Positions 1 through 10,936 of a stretch of 64,000 bases of DNA are shown in pieces (position 1 is the stretch's first letter; the number at the start of each line of letters is the position of its first letter). Source of the stretch: Naegleria gruberi (lineage: Eukaryota); NCBI GenBank assembly GCA_000004985.1, contig GG738866.1. One strand, 5' to 3'. Under the pieces are notes generated by a model. It saw nothing but the letters and a program-made list of their open reading frames with translations. It was not told where the DNA came from and ran no database searches. Made by a program: the position numbers and the translations under genes.

Positions 1-1455
1 ATCTGTTGGTCTGTTACCAAATCCGCTATAGAATGGGAAATCTGTTGGGAATAAACTAGCAATTGAACCAAGGCAATTAATTTTGAATGTTTCAGGTCTT
101 CTAATAACAACTTCTCTTGCCAGAGCACTAAATGCCTTGTTGGGCGATGTAATGATTGGACCAGGTGGCATTTTATACCCATCTTGGTAGACAGAGTTGA
201 TATATTCTCGAGTTAATTGTGACATTGTAATTGGTCTGGCACTAAGGTAAATAAATTTGTAATTATTTTCAGCTATCGATTGAAATAATTTGGCAATTCC
301 TGGATGAGTGTAGTCTTTACCCATTCTACTGTACACTTGACCCATAATATCTGATTTGGTGATAGTTCCATCAATATCACTAATAATTATCTTATCTTGT
401 GGTGAAAATTCGAAAATGTAAGCCTTGACAGGTTCTAGCCCACCATTTGGATCAATAAATGAAATGGAAGAGCGACCATCAGTCATATGTGAATGAATTA
501 ATTCTAAATATTCTTTAGATGGACGAAGTCTATGTTCTGGGTGAGTTTCTTGATCAATGGATTTAAGCCATTTATCCATATAGCCAACTTTTGATGGAGA
601 TCCAGCTGTATAATAACCTGATTCTTCCTCAGCTGTTGGAGTCATTGTTCTAGATTTTCTAGGATTACTACCAGCTCTTGGTCTTTGGAAAACAGCTCCT
701 GTTCTTGATCTAGACCTTGAAGTGGATGTTTCCTCTTCAACCATTCTTTGAATTTCCTTTTCTTCATCATCCGGATCTTCTCCTTCCTGTTCCATTTCTT
801 TTATCATTTCTCGTTCTTCTCTTCTTAATTCTTCATTTTCTTCTGGTGAAGTAGCCAACATGCTTGCTCTATTTTCAGTTTTGATTATTAAATTTTGTGG
901 AAGAGTTTTCTTTGGAAGAGGAGGAAGATCTTTTGGAGACATTGAAGAAGGGCTTGTAGGATTATTCTGTGACTTGTCATCTTCGTATAATAGATCACTT
1001 GGTGGTTTTTGAATTTCATTCGTTTTTTTAGGAAGAGGAGGTAAAGATTTTTTCCTGTATTGTGCTATCATGGTTGCTGTCTCATCTGATTGGACAACAC
1101 TTGCTACAGTCTTATTATTTCCAACAATAATTCCTGATGGAGAAGGAGGAGGAACAGATGATGTTTGTGAATCATTGACTTGTGGATTATCACGAGTTTC
1201 AACACTGAAATATGCATAATTGTGGTCAGGATCGACAATAAGTTCACATCCAGGACAGCTAATTTTCTTTCCATTAACTTGAACAGTGATGACTCTTCTT
1301 ATCTTACTTCTTTGTGGAAAACGAATAAAGAAAGGTGATGATTGGAATGAACCATCATCTTGTTTGACAAGTACAACACTATATAATTAAATACATTCCG
1401 TTATTATTATTAAAATCATCAACCGATATAAACACACTTACTCTACAGCAGCCAT
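1..1455 (-). CDS. Lipin/Pah1-type phosphatidate phosphatase. The gene is partial: its 3' end runs off the left edge of the window. A 14-nt first exon (1442..1455, ATGGCTGCTGTAGA) is separated by a 63-nt intron (1379..1441) from the main exon (1..1378).
   Basis: The minus-strand translation gives the N-LIP motif VDVVLVKQDDGSFQSSPFFIRF. It also gives the C-LIP/HAD motif IIISDIDGTITKSD...YLSARP...GFGNRPTD, which is the DxDxT catalytic signature of lipins. The intron has a GTAAGT donor and TATAG acceptor, and splicing restores the frame (GA+T). Confidence 0.75.
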
Positions 1456-2128
1456 TGTGTTTTTCTGCTCCGAAAATAATATTATTATTTACAATTAATA
1501 ACGTAAAATGTACAAATAGTTAGTCTATTAACTATCCAATGTGTTTTTAATTATACTCCACTACTATAATTCCAATTTGGCACAATAGATCTTCTCACCA
1601 ATATCACTACGATATAGACGACTAAATATTGGCTTCAAACAACAGAATTGAAAATATGATACAATGATCGAACAAGGATCGAACTTGGTGTTGTTGTTGG
1701 CTTATTTTTTCAAAGCTTGTAATTTTTTGAAAGTTGTTTATGAAAATTATTGCGGCAATAAATGGCTTGTTTTGTTGATGGATTATTATTGTTATTTGAA
1801 AGGGAAAGGAAAGACGGTTTTTGGTTGGCAAGCTTTAAAGGGGATGATATTTTCGTTTGGAATTGAGAATCGTTTAGTAACCACCACCTAGCACGTTGTT
1901 GATTAGAGTGTTGGTCACTCAATGTACTTTCTGATAGAAGGAATAGCTATCCAATTAGCAAGTAAGGATAAATTGAATATCGGTTTCTTTATTTTGGAAT
2001 GGTCACTAACGGATAAGGAATTAGGCATCCCATTCATCATATTCATGTTCAACATCCAAAATTACTTGAAATAATCATCTTCTTTCTTCATTACAAATCA
2101 TTTTTTGGTCAACTCTTTACAATTATGA

Positions 2129-3369
2129 TTACAATTGTGTAATTGTGTTTCTTGGAAGGACAGAGATGGAGGGATAATGTGGTGGTGAAAGGGATTGAGG
2201 GATATAGGCAATCTGAGGTGTTGGATGTTGCTCAATTCTCTTTCTCGAAGATCGTCCCAAAAGTGCAGGCAAAATTGATCCAAAGAATGTATTAGAAAAT
2301 CTCCAACTAAAAATCATGAATAAGAAATATTTGAATATTCTCCTAAAGTCGATTCCATCCAAATCTAGAGAATGAACTACAATTACTTCACCTGTGGCTA
2401 ATACAGGAGACGAAGCCAATCTCTCCAGAGGATCCTTCAACGCATTGGAAGCTGCTTTACCAGCATCAGCTCCAAATCTTTCAATCCATGCAAGTGGAGA
2501 GGTTTTAGGTTTTCGTTCCTTTCTTTCCTTCTTTTCTATTTTGGCTCTTCTGATTGTGAAGATTCTGAATTCTTTTTAGAAGAGAACAGACTAGAAGAAA
2601 ATATTGTGGAAAGGATTGATGGTTCTGCTGCAGCTTTCTTTTCTTCTGAACTATTATTGGAATTTTCATTGCTTGGTGATTGTTGTTCACTGGATTGTGA
2701 GCTAGGGGTTTTTTCCTCAATTGTTGCTTTCTCGCTCGATTTCTTTTCTTGTTGCTCTGCAGCACTTCTTTTTGATGAACCTCCAACCATCCAAGAAAAA
2801 GGTGAAAATATTGTATCAATAATTGATGATTGCTCATTCTTTCCACTATCTCTTCGTTCCTTCTTTTCCTTCTTTGGTTTTTCAATAGTTGATTTTTCAC
2901 TTTTTTCTATTGTTGGCTTGACCGAAAACCTCTCAGATCCTATAGAATCTCCTATTTCATTCTTTCCAATAACCAGAGTATCTCTCGGAGGAGATAAATG
3001 TTCATTCGATACATCTTCATACTCTATTACTTTTCCATTCCTAATTGATTTCATCAAATCCTGAGACTTTTTAATATAATCCACATCCTCATCGTTATCA
3101 TTATTATGTACATATAAATTCTTCATATATTCTCCAACATGTTTATTATCGGATATTGATTTTTTATCCTCCAAATTATCTTCCGAATATTTATCATCAA
3201 TGTTAGTCGCCTTCTTCTCTTCTTCCTCCATGACTGAAGAAACCTCATTCCGACTGATGAGAACGGAATTTAATAGGAATGGTGAGTCAATGAGCGTTGA
3301 GAAGGATGGTGTGAGAATAGCACGATTTGCTTGTTGTTGCTGGTGAGTGGAATCGTTAGTTTCAGACAT
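2129..3369 (-). CDS. Ser/Glu/Lys-rich low-complexity protein. It carries repeated short amphipathic F/W motifs (TIFSPFSWMVGG, STIFSSSLFSS, PLAWIERFGADAGK, NTFFGSILPALLG). The reading frame shifts near 2530.
   Basis: The 277-aa ORF (2536..3369) and the 103-aa ORF (2129..2440) continue the same repeat motif but lie in different frames. No canonical intron can be drawn between them. The break falls in a T5/A5 homopolymer. Confidence 0.4.
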
Positions 3370-3520
3370 TTTTTTTAATTTGTTTTTAAAATAATAACAA
3401 TGTTATCGAATTTTTGTAAACTCTCGAATTGTTTATTGGAATTTTATCGAATTGATAAGATTCTTAATAACCTCACATGATTTTGACTATATTGTCTCAA
3501 AAATTTTGGTCTTGCTTTTT

Positions 3521-4126
3521 TTAACAAACACCATATCCACCACAACCACCACCATATCCATATCCTGCACCATAACCATAACCACCTCCATAACCACCTC
3601 CATAACCACCATAATATGGAACAGCTCCATAACCATAACCACCTCCGTAACCACCATAGTATGGGACACCATAACCTCCGTAACCACCATAATATGGAGC
3701 AGGGTAGTAACTACTGTAAGCATTATTATTACCATAGCTAGTTGGTCCAACGTAATTGCTTCCATAGCTTGAGTATGGATTTGAGCTAACTGCATTAATT
3801 TGATTACTGTAAGCTTGAGTATTTTGAGCATATTGATTGTAATTTCCTCCAGCAACTCCATAATTTTGACCAGCACCACCATTGTAACCATAATTGTTAC
3901 CATAATTATTGGAAGAAGCACCACCACCATATCCACCATAGTATGGAATTGGAGCTACTGGTGGAACAGCATAACCATAACCACCTCCATAACCACCACC
4001 ACCACCATAGTAACCACCACCAGAAGTACTTGCAGAATCCTTCTTTTCCTTGTCATCAGATGCATGAACTGCAACTGTTGCAATGAGAAGTGTTGCAATT
4101 GTAAATACAATGAATTGTTTAATCAT
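3521..4126 (-). CDS. Secreted Gly/Tyr-rich repeat protein. It has an N-terminal signal peptide followed by GGYGGGYGYG and YYGGYGG repeats.
   Basis: The 201-aa ORF begins with a hydrophobic leader, MIKQFIVFTIATLLIATVAVHA, followed by degenerate G-G-Y repeats. The opposite-strand ORFs in this stretch are mirror artefacts of the repeat. Confidence 0.6.
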   Translation of the reverse strand: MIKQFIVFTIATLLIATVAVHASDDKEKKDSASTSGGGYYGGGGGYGGGYGYAVPPVAPIPYYGGYGGGASSNNYGNNYGYNGGAGQNYGVAGGNYNQYAQNTQAYSNQINAVSSNPYSSYGSNYVGPTSYGNNNAYSSYYPAPYYGGYGGYGVPYYGGYGGGYGYGAVPYYGGYGGGYGGGYGYGAGYGYGGGCGGYGVC

Positions 4127-4293
4127 ATTTTTTTGAATTGTTGATTCGAATAGTGATGGAAATCGTGGACTTTTATAGTGTTGGAAAGGTTATGGTGAGT
4201 AAACATTGAAGGACAATGAACAAATCTCTATTTGGAAAGTTTGTTGATTATCGATTATTACTTTTATACTACATTCTCCAAAAAAGGTTTCGT

Positions 4294-5077
4294 TTAAAAA
4301 TGCACAATTACTACAGAAACATTGTCTTTCGTTTTCTTTTCTAAGGCAGTTTGACAAAAATCGAAAGCAATTTCTTGGGAAGTTCTTGCCTTTTCAAATT
4401 TTAGTTCTTTGAACAAGTTTTCAACATTTTCATTGGTCAACTTGTCGAATAAACCATCACATGCTATTAAAACACTTCCATGCTTTCCAGAAATATCAAT
4501 GAATCTAATTTCAGGAGTGGATATAATTACATCAACCTCTAAATTTGGTTTGTTCAAAGTTGTCTTTACAGCTGGTTGTTTGTATTGAAAATCTCCAAAC
4601 TATTGTTGATGATTAAGAATTTGATTAAGAGTAATCGAGAATAGAACTTACAGTTCTAGAAGGGAGTGTATTCACAACCTTAACTCCAATTTGTTGCATT
4701 CTTTCCTTTTCATAATGAGCTTTGTGATCTCTTGACATGACTGTGCATTCACATTGATTATTACTTTCACCAACAAATACCAAAGCTCTGCAATCTCCCA
4801 AATTTGCACAATAAACTGACTCACTGGTAAGAAAACAAACATTTGCAGCAGCTCCACAACTTGGTTTGATCTTTGAAAACTTTTGCTTTTCAATAAAGAG
4901 TTTTAAATTCAAGTCAACTTGTTCAAATGCTCGGATAAGAGCTTGTTCAATTGTATCCGATTCTTTTAATTTTTCTTTTAAAATTGATTCCAAATTACGA
5001 GAAACATATTCAGCAACTTCAATTCCTCCATGCCCATCAATTACGCCAAATAACCCACCACAATAATCATTGTGCAC
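4294..5077 (-). CDS. PP2C-family Ser/Thr phosphatase. Two exons (4652..5077 and 4294..4599) are joined across a 52-nt intron (4600..4651). The 5' exon carrying PP2C motif 1 was not found.
   Basis: PP2C motifs are present: GLFGVIDGHGG (motif 2), and SRT|FGDFQYK rebuilt across the intron (GTAAGT...CAATAG, phase 0). The C-terminal part reads VLIACDGLFDKL. Confidence 0.75.
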
Positions 5078-5269
5078 ATTTTTTTGTTTTTAAATTGTTC
5101 AATGTTCTCTGTTAAAGAGGACATTCCACCAAAGAACAGTCAAAAGTAAGAGAACAATGAAATCTTGGACATTGTGAAGAAAACATGATAGTTTAATGAT
5201 GAGGGCCTGTATGATGGGAGCTACTTCAAGCTACCAAAATCAGTCCAAAGTAGAGTACAAAATTATTGA

Positions 5270-7367
5270 CTATTGTTGATTGATTTCATGTTGAACTTCA
5301 TATGTGGCATATTGTAATGCCTTATCGGTTTGTGAAATGGCTGCCAAAACAATTGGCAAGTCACCTCTCAAAGTTTTAGAAGCAAAATAGAGTGTCATGC
5401 CATCCCTTTGAACAGCTATCTCTATTAATTGGTTTGAATTGAAAAAATAACTTACCATTTAAAACAACTTCTCTATCATGTCTGAAATGATCTGGTACAA
5501 ACTCGAGAGCTTTTGGATTAAGCTCGATCATATCTAATATGAATTGTTTTTGGGATTTAATTGACTCGGGAGTATACTTCAATGATCTGGCATCTTGAAA
5601 GACAGCTGCTGAAATGACAGTGAGATCTCTTTTAAGGGTTGGTGTGGCATATTGGATAGCTGTTCCCTTTTGATTTACAGCTAAAAATACCGTGTCGACA
5701 TCGTCCTTCAAAGCATCAGATGCATATTTTAGACAAATGCCTTTAACATTCAATACTTTTGCCATGAATTCTTTGTTTGCTCTTAGTTCTACTCCTGCAA
5801 ATTGAAGAGCATTCTCAAACACATCACCACAAGTTGTTGCTGCAAGATATGCCAATATTGGGTTCTTCTTCAAAGTAGTACTTGCATATTGAAGAGCCAT
5901 TGGTCTGTTACGAATGGCCAATTCCACAATATCAAACTCATCTCTCAGTCTTTGAGAAATATGTTGCAATAGGAAACCATTTTGTTTTACAGCAGCCTTA
6001 GCAATATTTACATTGTCTTTGAGTGCAGCAGAGCATTCATGAAATGCTGAAGAATTATTTTGAATAGCACAAAGGGCAACCTCTTCATCATCCTTCAATG
6101 TATCATTGGCATATCTAAACAAGCTACCGTTCTGAGTTACCATAGCTTTGACTATTGTTTTAAAGTTACAACTACTTGGAATCTCTCTGTATGTATGGAA
6201 TGAATATGGAAGACTTTCTCTCTGTAAAATGGAACCAATGTTGTAGTGAACATGATAAAAGTGTTTCTTCTTCATCTGAATCCAATTCTTAAAATTTACA
6301 ATCTCACTATGTTTTGTATGTTTAAACCAGAGAGAGCCATTCTGTTTACACAAGTGTATGAGTGTTGAGCCATCTGAAGTTTCACCAATCTTGACTTGTT
6401 CACCTTCATCTCTCCATTCACTAATAGGTAGCAACATGTTTGAAACGTGAAGGAATTTGTTATGCCAACTTGCTCTTCCATCACTCAATTCTATGAGAAA
6501 GGTCTTTAAATGATATGGAAGAATAACTTGAAATTTTCTTTCGAGTTGTGTAATGAGTATTGGACTGACAGTGTCTTCGTTCAATGGTTTGAGAAGGCAA
6601 GAGTTTTCCAAATTCCATAGTCTGAACAAGTCTCTCTTCTCCACTTGCAAACAAGCTCTGTGAAAATCAATGCTCACCCACTCTGCAATCTTTCTCGAAG
6701 AATCTTCCATGAAATTGAATATAATTTCAATAATATCACTTGGTAAATGACAGGATGGAACACAAGCTTGTGGGCTTTCTGGTGATTCGATAATTGATGG
6801 AGCACACGAAGTAGATGTTGAATTAATCTCTAAATATTTTGTATGGATATTTTGATGTGAGCATGTTTGATTGTCTGCATGGTGTTTAATTCTCTTCTTT
6901 GTCATTGGGAAGCAACTATCAGGAAGCTTGCTATCGAGAGGAGTTATCAAATCATATTCCTTCTGACTATGGTCCAAATCATCCTCATGATGAGTTAATA
7001 ATTCAGAATTGTGTTGTTCATCATCATAAACCTCTGAACATAATAGATTAACTTGAAAACCAGCTGATGCTCTTATTCTCTTCTTTACCTGTTGATGAGA
7101 ACGATTGGGGAAAGGAATAATCACTTCGGGTCCTCTTTCATGATCCTTACGGCAATCCGTGAGTGTTAATGCTGTTGAATGATCATCATCTTTAATTGTA
7201 TCAGTGTACTCTTCTTGTTGGTCAATGATTCTTCTTCCCACCAACAAACCGTGATGCTGCTTCCGTGCTGGTTGTGATGAAGCAGATGCTGTTGTTGTGG
7301 AGCCTCTGACAACATTCAAAGAATTGTATGGATTGTTTGTGGACATTTTATTGGAGTCAATTTTCAA
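5270..7367 (-). CDS. Protein with an F-box-like N-terminal region and tandem DUF4116-type repeats (LxYAS..LKxDxxxVxxAV.QNG.ALQYA). A 34-nt intron lies at 5422..5455.
   Basis: The 663-aa ORF contains about eight repeats of the form ALKDDVDTVFLAVNQKGTAIQYATPTLKRD. The next ORF (5270..5458) continues the repeat, and the join is in frame with a GTAAGT donor and TAATAG acceptor (phase 1, giving ...VVLNG-E-IAVQRDG...). Confidence 0.55.
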
Positions 7368-7715
7368 TAATTACCTCTTGGTTTTTATTGCTTCGTTCAA
7401 AGAATAATGGAGTGCTTTGTAAACCAATAAATTGGTACACGGTGTTGTTGTGATGGTGTGGATGGTGGTAATCTGGTAATGAGTGGTTCCTTTATAATGA
7501 TGATGAATTGTTCAATATGGCACACCTATCAGCTACAAAAGGAAGGTATGAGAGTTTGAAAAGGCGCCAATAAAATTACACAAATCAATATTTACGCTTA
7601 AAGACTGTAGTTGATGTATTGAATCGTGAAAAATCATGCAGTGGTAGGCTCATTATTGTATTTAATGTTAAATACATAAATGAAAATGGTAATAGTATTT
7701 ACAAAATGGAATTTA

Positions 7716-8603
7716 TTAAAAAACAATTTGTGCTCTTATTTGATCTAAAACTGAAAGAATGGCTTGAATTTTCACAATTTGCATCTTTCTTTGGTTTCTA
7801 ATCCAATTACTTTCTTTGAATTCAATCGAGTCCAGTTCAATTGTTAAATTCATTAATTCACCATCAAATCTTGTAAGTTGTTTCAGTATTTGATTAGAAT
7901 CAACTACTACTGTTGATGATTTGTTATTTTCTCTATCAGAAACAAATTGATCGACTCGTGACAAAACATTTTCAATTTTGGTTGCAATATCGAACACCTT
8001 CACTCCATCATCTCCACCAAATCTTTCTTTCATTTTCTTAAGACGAATACTTTCCTTTTCAATATCTTCTGTTGGTAATTCATATCTACAAGTTGGACAG
8101 GTATTATGTTCATTCAACCATGTACTCACACAATCTTTATGGAAAACGTGACCACAAGGAAGTCTTATCAGTTCATCACATTCTTCAAAATCACAAATGC
8201 AAACAGCACATGATTGGTCACAGTGTTCACCACATTGTGTCATAATTTGTTTTCGGAGAGGTGACAATTTGTAAGTAGGTAATGATTCTAAAGCATTCTT
8301 TTTCGTTGGTGCCTTCTTATTGATTTGATCCTGTTGATATTGTTGGAAGGATTGATTGGCAAAATCTGACATGTTTACATTATCGAACAGATTGGAGAAC
8401 GGAACATTATTCGAATATTGCATATCATTTGGTGAGAAGAACATTGTTAATGGCACACCATAGAAACAAAATTGTTGGTTTGTTTCTGGTTGCTGACGAT
8501 GGTGATTACCATCTTGGATAAAAATTGGTAAATTGAATAGAATGTTAAACATTTTCTTTTGTAATATATTTGATCGCTTATTCACAACACCGCTTGTTGT
8601 CAA
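7716..8603 (-). CDS. RING-H2 E3 ubiquitin ligase of the RNF126/BCA2 type.
   Basis: It carries the C3H2C3 RING-H2 signature CAVCICDFEECDELIRLPCGHVFHKDCVSTWLNEHNTCPTCR. The upstream PTYKL...L motif is typical of RNF115/RNF126. Confidence 0.7.
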   Translation of the reverse strand: MTTSGVVNKRSNILQKKMFNILFNLPIFIQDGNHHRQQPETNQQFCFYGVPLTMFFSPNDMQYSNNVPFSNLFDNVNMSDFANQSFQQYQQDQINKKAPTKKNALESLPTYKLSPLRKQIMTQCGEHCDQSCAVCICDFEECDELIRLPCGHVFHKDCVSTWLNEHNTCPTCRYELPTEDIEKESIRLKKMKERFGGDDGVKVFDIATKIENVLSRVDQFVSDRENNKSSTVVVDSNQILKQLTRFDGELMNLTIELDSIEFKESNWIRNQRKMQIVKIQAILSVLDQIRAQIVF

Positions 8604-9020
8604 TATTAAGATATTAAGACTTTTTTTTCAAGTTGGTTTTTCTTGTTTGTGTTTCGAATGGTCATTTTTAACGTTTTGAAAAATGCGACAAACTATTTTT
8701 ATGCGCAAAGGATTTTCCTCAGCTCTCGGAATGTGAAGGAAAATCAACTTCCGAACCTCAGATTCCGAAACTTTTATTAAATTGAAGTCAATGGTCTTTT
8801 ACGCTCACTAACAGTAAAGGACTGTAAAGTTGAATTTGGTTTCTTCTGAGATTATTCAAGAATATTGAGAAACGAAACCTTTTAGAAGGAAAAGCAAGGA
8901 GATAATTGTATTATGGATTGTTCTACAATGCTTTCAGAGAGAGATTGTTATTGGAATTGTTTTGGAATTAAAGATGTTGGAAACCTTACTCAATATCCTA
9001 AGAAAATCAGCTCCATAAGT

Positions 9021-9466
9021 TTACAAAAAGTTTGAGGTGGAATTGTTGAGGTTTTCGAGAACTCGTTTGTAGGTCTTGGCAGCTTTTTGATATCCCATAT
9101 TGGCAGCTTTTTCGAATACTTTAATGGCCTCCATTTGATTTATATCTAAAAAGTAGCCACCTTGATAAAGACAAGCCAGTATATAAATGAAAACAGGAGA
9201 ATTAGGATTGAATTGACATTGTGCAACGAGAGGTTTCAAAATAGTAAAGGCCAAATCGTCGTATTTTTCTTTCCATGCTAACTTGCCGGTCTTGTAATAT
9301 GCAAAAGGTATTAAAAAGTTTCCAGTGCATGATTGCTTGTAGTGATAGCTCTGAATACATTCTTCTCATATCCATTTCTTCCCTTCTCATAATAATACCC
9401 CTCAATATAGGAGATGTAATATTGAGCATCTTGATAGGTTTTGCCAGTTTTTGAGAAACACTCCAT
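9021..9466 (-). CDS. Sel1/TPR-like repeat protein. A +1 frameshift sits in a T5 run near 9268, so this is either a pseudogene or an assembly indel.
   Basis: Two frames read MECFSKTGKTYQDAQYYISYIEGYYYEKGRNGYEKNVFRAITTSNHALETF and FAYYKTGKLAWKEKYDDLAFTILKPLVAQ...KAANMGYQKAAKTY. Both are Sel1-like (A..Y..G.G...D). They join exactly if one T is removed from the TTTTT run. Confidence 0.4.
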
Positions 9467-9929
9467 TGCTTAACAGTTTAAATAAACCTATGCTTTTTCT
9501 CTCTATAAGATCACTATTTCTCTTAGTGTTTTATATCGTTTCCTCAATGCCCTGAAAAAGAATTTTCAATGAAAATTTACTGTTTGTTTCCAAGTTACAA
9601 ATTCTGTGGTTTAAGAATGAAATCTTTGAATCTCTCCTTTCGAATATTTGGTTGAGGTTTTGGACATTTGATAATGGATGGTGATTAATTCTGGTTCATT
9701 GTCTTGAGCTGTTTGAATGTCAAATTACCAATCACCAATTCAGTCTTCAATGATGAGATGGAGAATCTGAAATGATTTAGACAGGATTGTTTGCTAATTA
9801 ACCAATAAATTATGATCAAATTGAACTCAGTGGTACTGTAATAGTGAAAGGACTGCAAAGTTTCGTAAATATTGGGGTCATTCTAGAGTTCACGTTGTAT
9901 TATTTGTGAACAATTTGAATAGTGAGAAA

Positions 9930-10747
9930 CTAATCCTCATCTGGGCCTTTAACATCAGCAGTCCAATTACTCAAATTATCCCTCAATAATTGCAATATTA
10001 ACGTTATCTCACTTGAAATGTCCTCACCAGATTCGATCAAAATCTCAAGTTCTTTCATAGCTTTTGAAAATGCTGTTTGTGCAATTTCCACAGCTTTTTC
10101 ACACTCCCCTACAACCTCATATTTAAACACTGCCTGAGACAAAATCATTCCTAATCTAAGGGGATTCAGAATACTCAATTTAGTGGAAAATTCATTTGAT
10201 ATTTCATAACATTCCAATGATTTTCCCTTCCAATCCAGTCCAGAATTTTGATAATCAACTCGTGCAATATTTCTGTACAAGTCTCCTTTTTGTTTCCAAT
10301 AATAAACACAATCTTCTACTGATTGATCTTCCAATTGTAGAATTTTATCTATTATTTCAATAATTTCAACTGTAATTTCAATACATTTTTCTTGTAAATT
10401 TTTCATAAATCGTTCAGTCAACTTGACATTATGAAATTCATTCTTTGTTTCTAGTCTATCTCTTATTGACAATACAACATGATGAGGAGTTGTATAACAA
10501 GCAATTACATTCTTATAGGCTACCAACAACAGGTTCCTCTCTTCATCAGTCGGTCGTGGTTGACTAGAGTTGAGAATTTGTAAAATCAAACTCTTTATTT
10601 CCACCATCATTTCTGCAAATAATATATTACTAATAGATCTTTGGTAAACTTGTACTCACCCTCATAAAGTTCCGTTTGTTCTAGAAATTTAATAACGAAT
10701 AATTGATCGGAACGATAGTTAGTGTCAAGTGTTTGTTTTTGTGCCAT
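9930..10747 (-). CDS. 14-3-3 protein. Exon 1 is 10660..10747 and exon 2 is 9930..10612, separated by a 47-nt intron (10613..10659).
   Basis: Signature 14-3-3 motifs are present: EERNLLLVAYKNVI, YYWKQKGDLYRNIA, NPLRLGMILSQAVFKYEV and LILQLLRDNLSNWT. Splicing exon 1 (MAQKQ...DQLFVIKFLEQTELYE) to exon 2 (EMMVEIKSL) reproduces the conserved N-terminus. The intron reads GTGAGT...TTTGCAG and is phase 1. Confidence 0.85.
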
Positions 10748-10936
10748 TTTTTTGTAAAGTATCCAACATTTGACTTGCTGTTCATTCCTTTGCGTGAGTA
10801 AGAAAGCAGGATATGCTTTTCTGCCATAGAATTTAAAAAGCTGACCGTTATATTGTTGGCGCCACTTTTACATTCCCGCCTTTTAAAATCGTTGTTTTGT
10901 TATTGAAAAAATATTTTATCAAAACACATCAAAGAA
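10748..10936. promoter_or_regulatory. Bidirectional promoter shared by the 14-3-3 gene (minus strand) and the Aurora kinase gene (plus strand). It contains the palindromic TTGGCGCCA (E2F-like) element at 10858..10863.
   Basis: This is a 189-bp head-to-head spacer. GGCGCC is rare in this roughly 32% GC DNA. Confidence 0.45.

Noticed and set aside
3452-4144. Three ORFs longer than 100 aa on the plus strand or in an alternative minus frame (Thr/Ile-rich and Met/Val-rich)
   Set aside because: They are frame and strand mirrors of the GGY repeat gene. They are low-complexity, have no start context and no motifs.
8700-8790. Repeated TTCCGAA and TCGGAA units resembling a heat-shock element
   Set aside because: The spacing is TTC-N1-GAA, not the TTC-N2-GAA pentamer phasing an HSE requires. 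It occurs only once, so it is treated as chance.
9202-9429. 75-aa minus-strand ORF overlapping the Sel1-like gene
   Set aside because: It is the third frame of the same segment. The Sel1 repeat signal lies in the other two frames.
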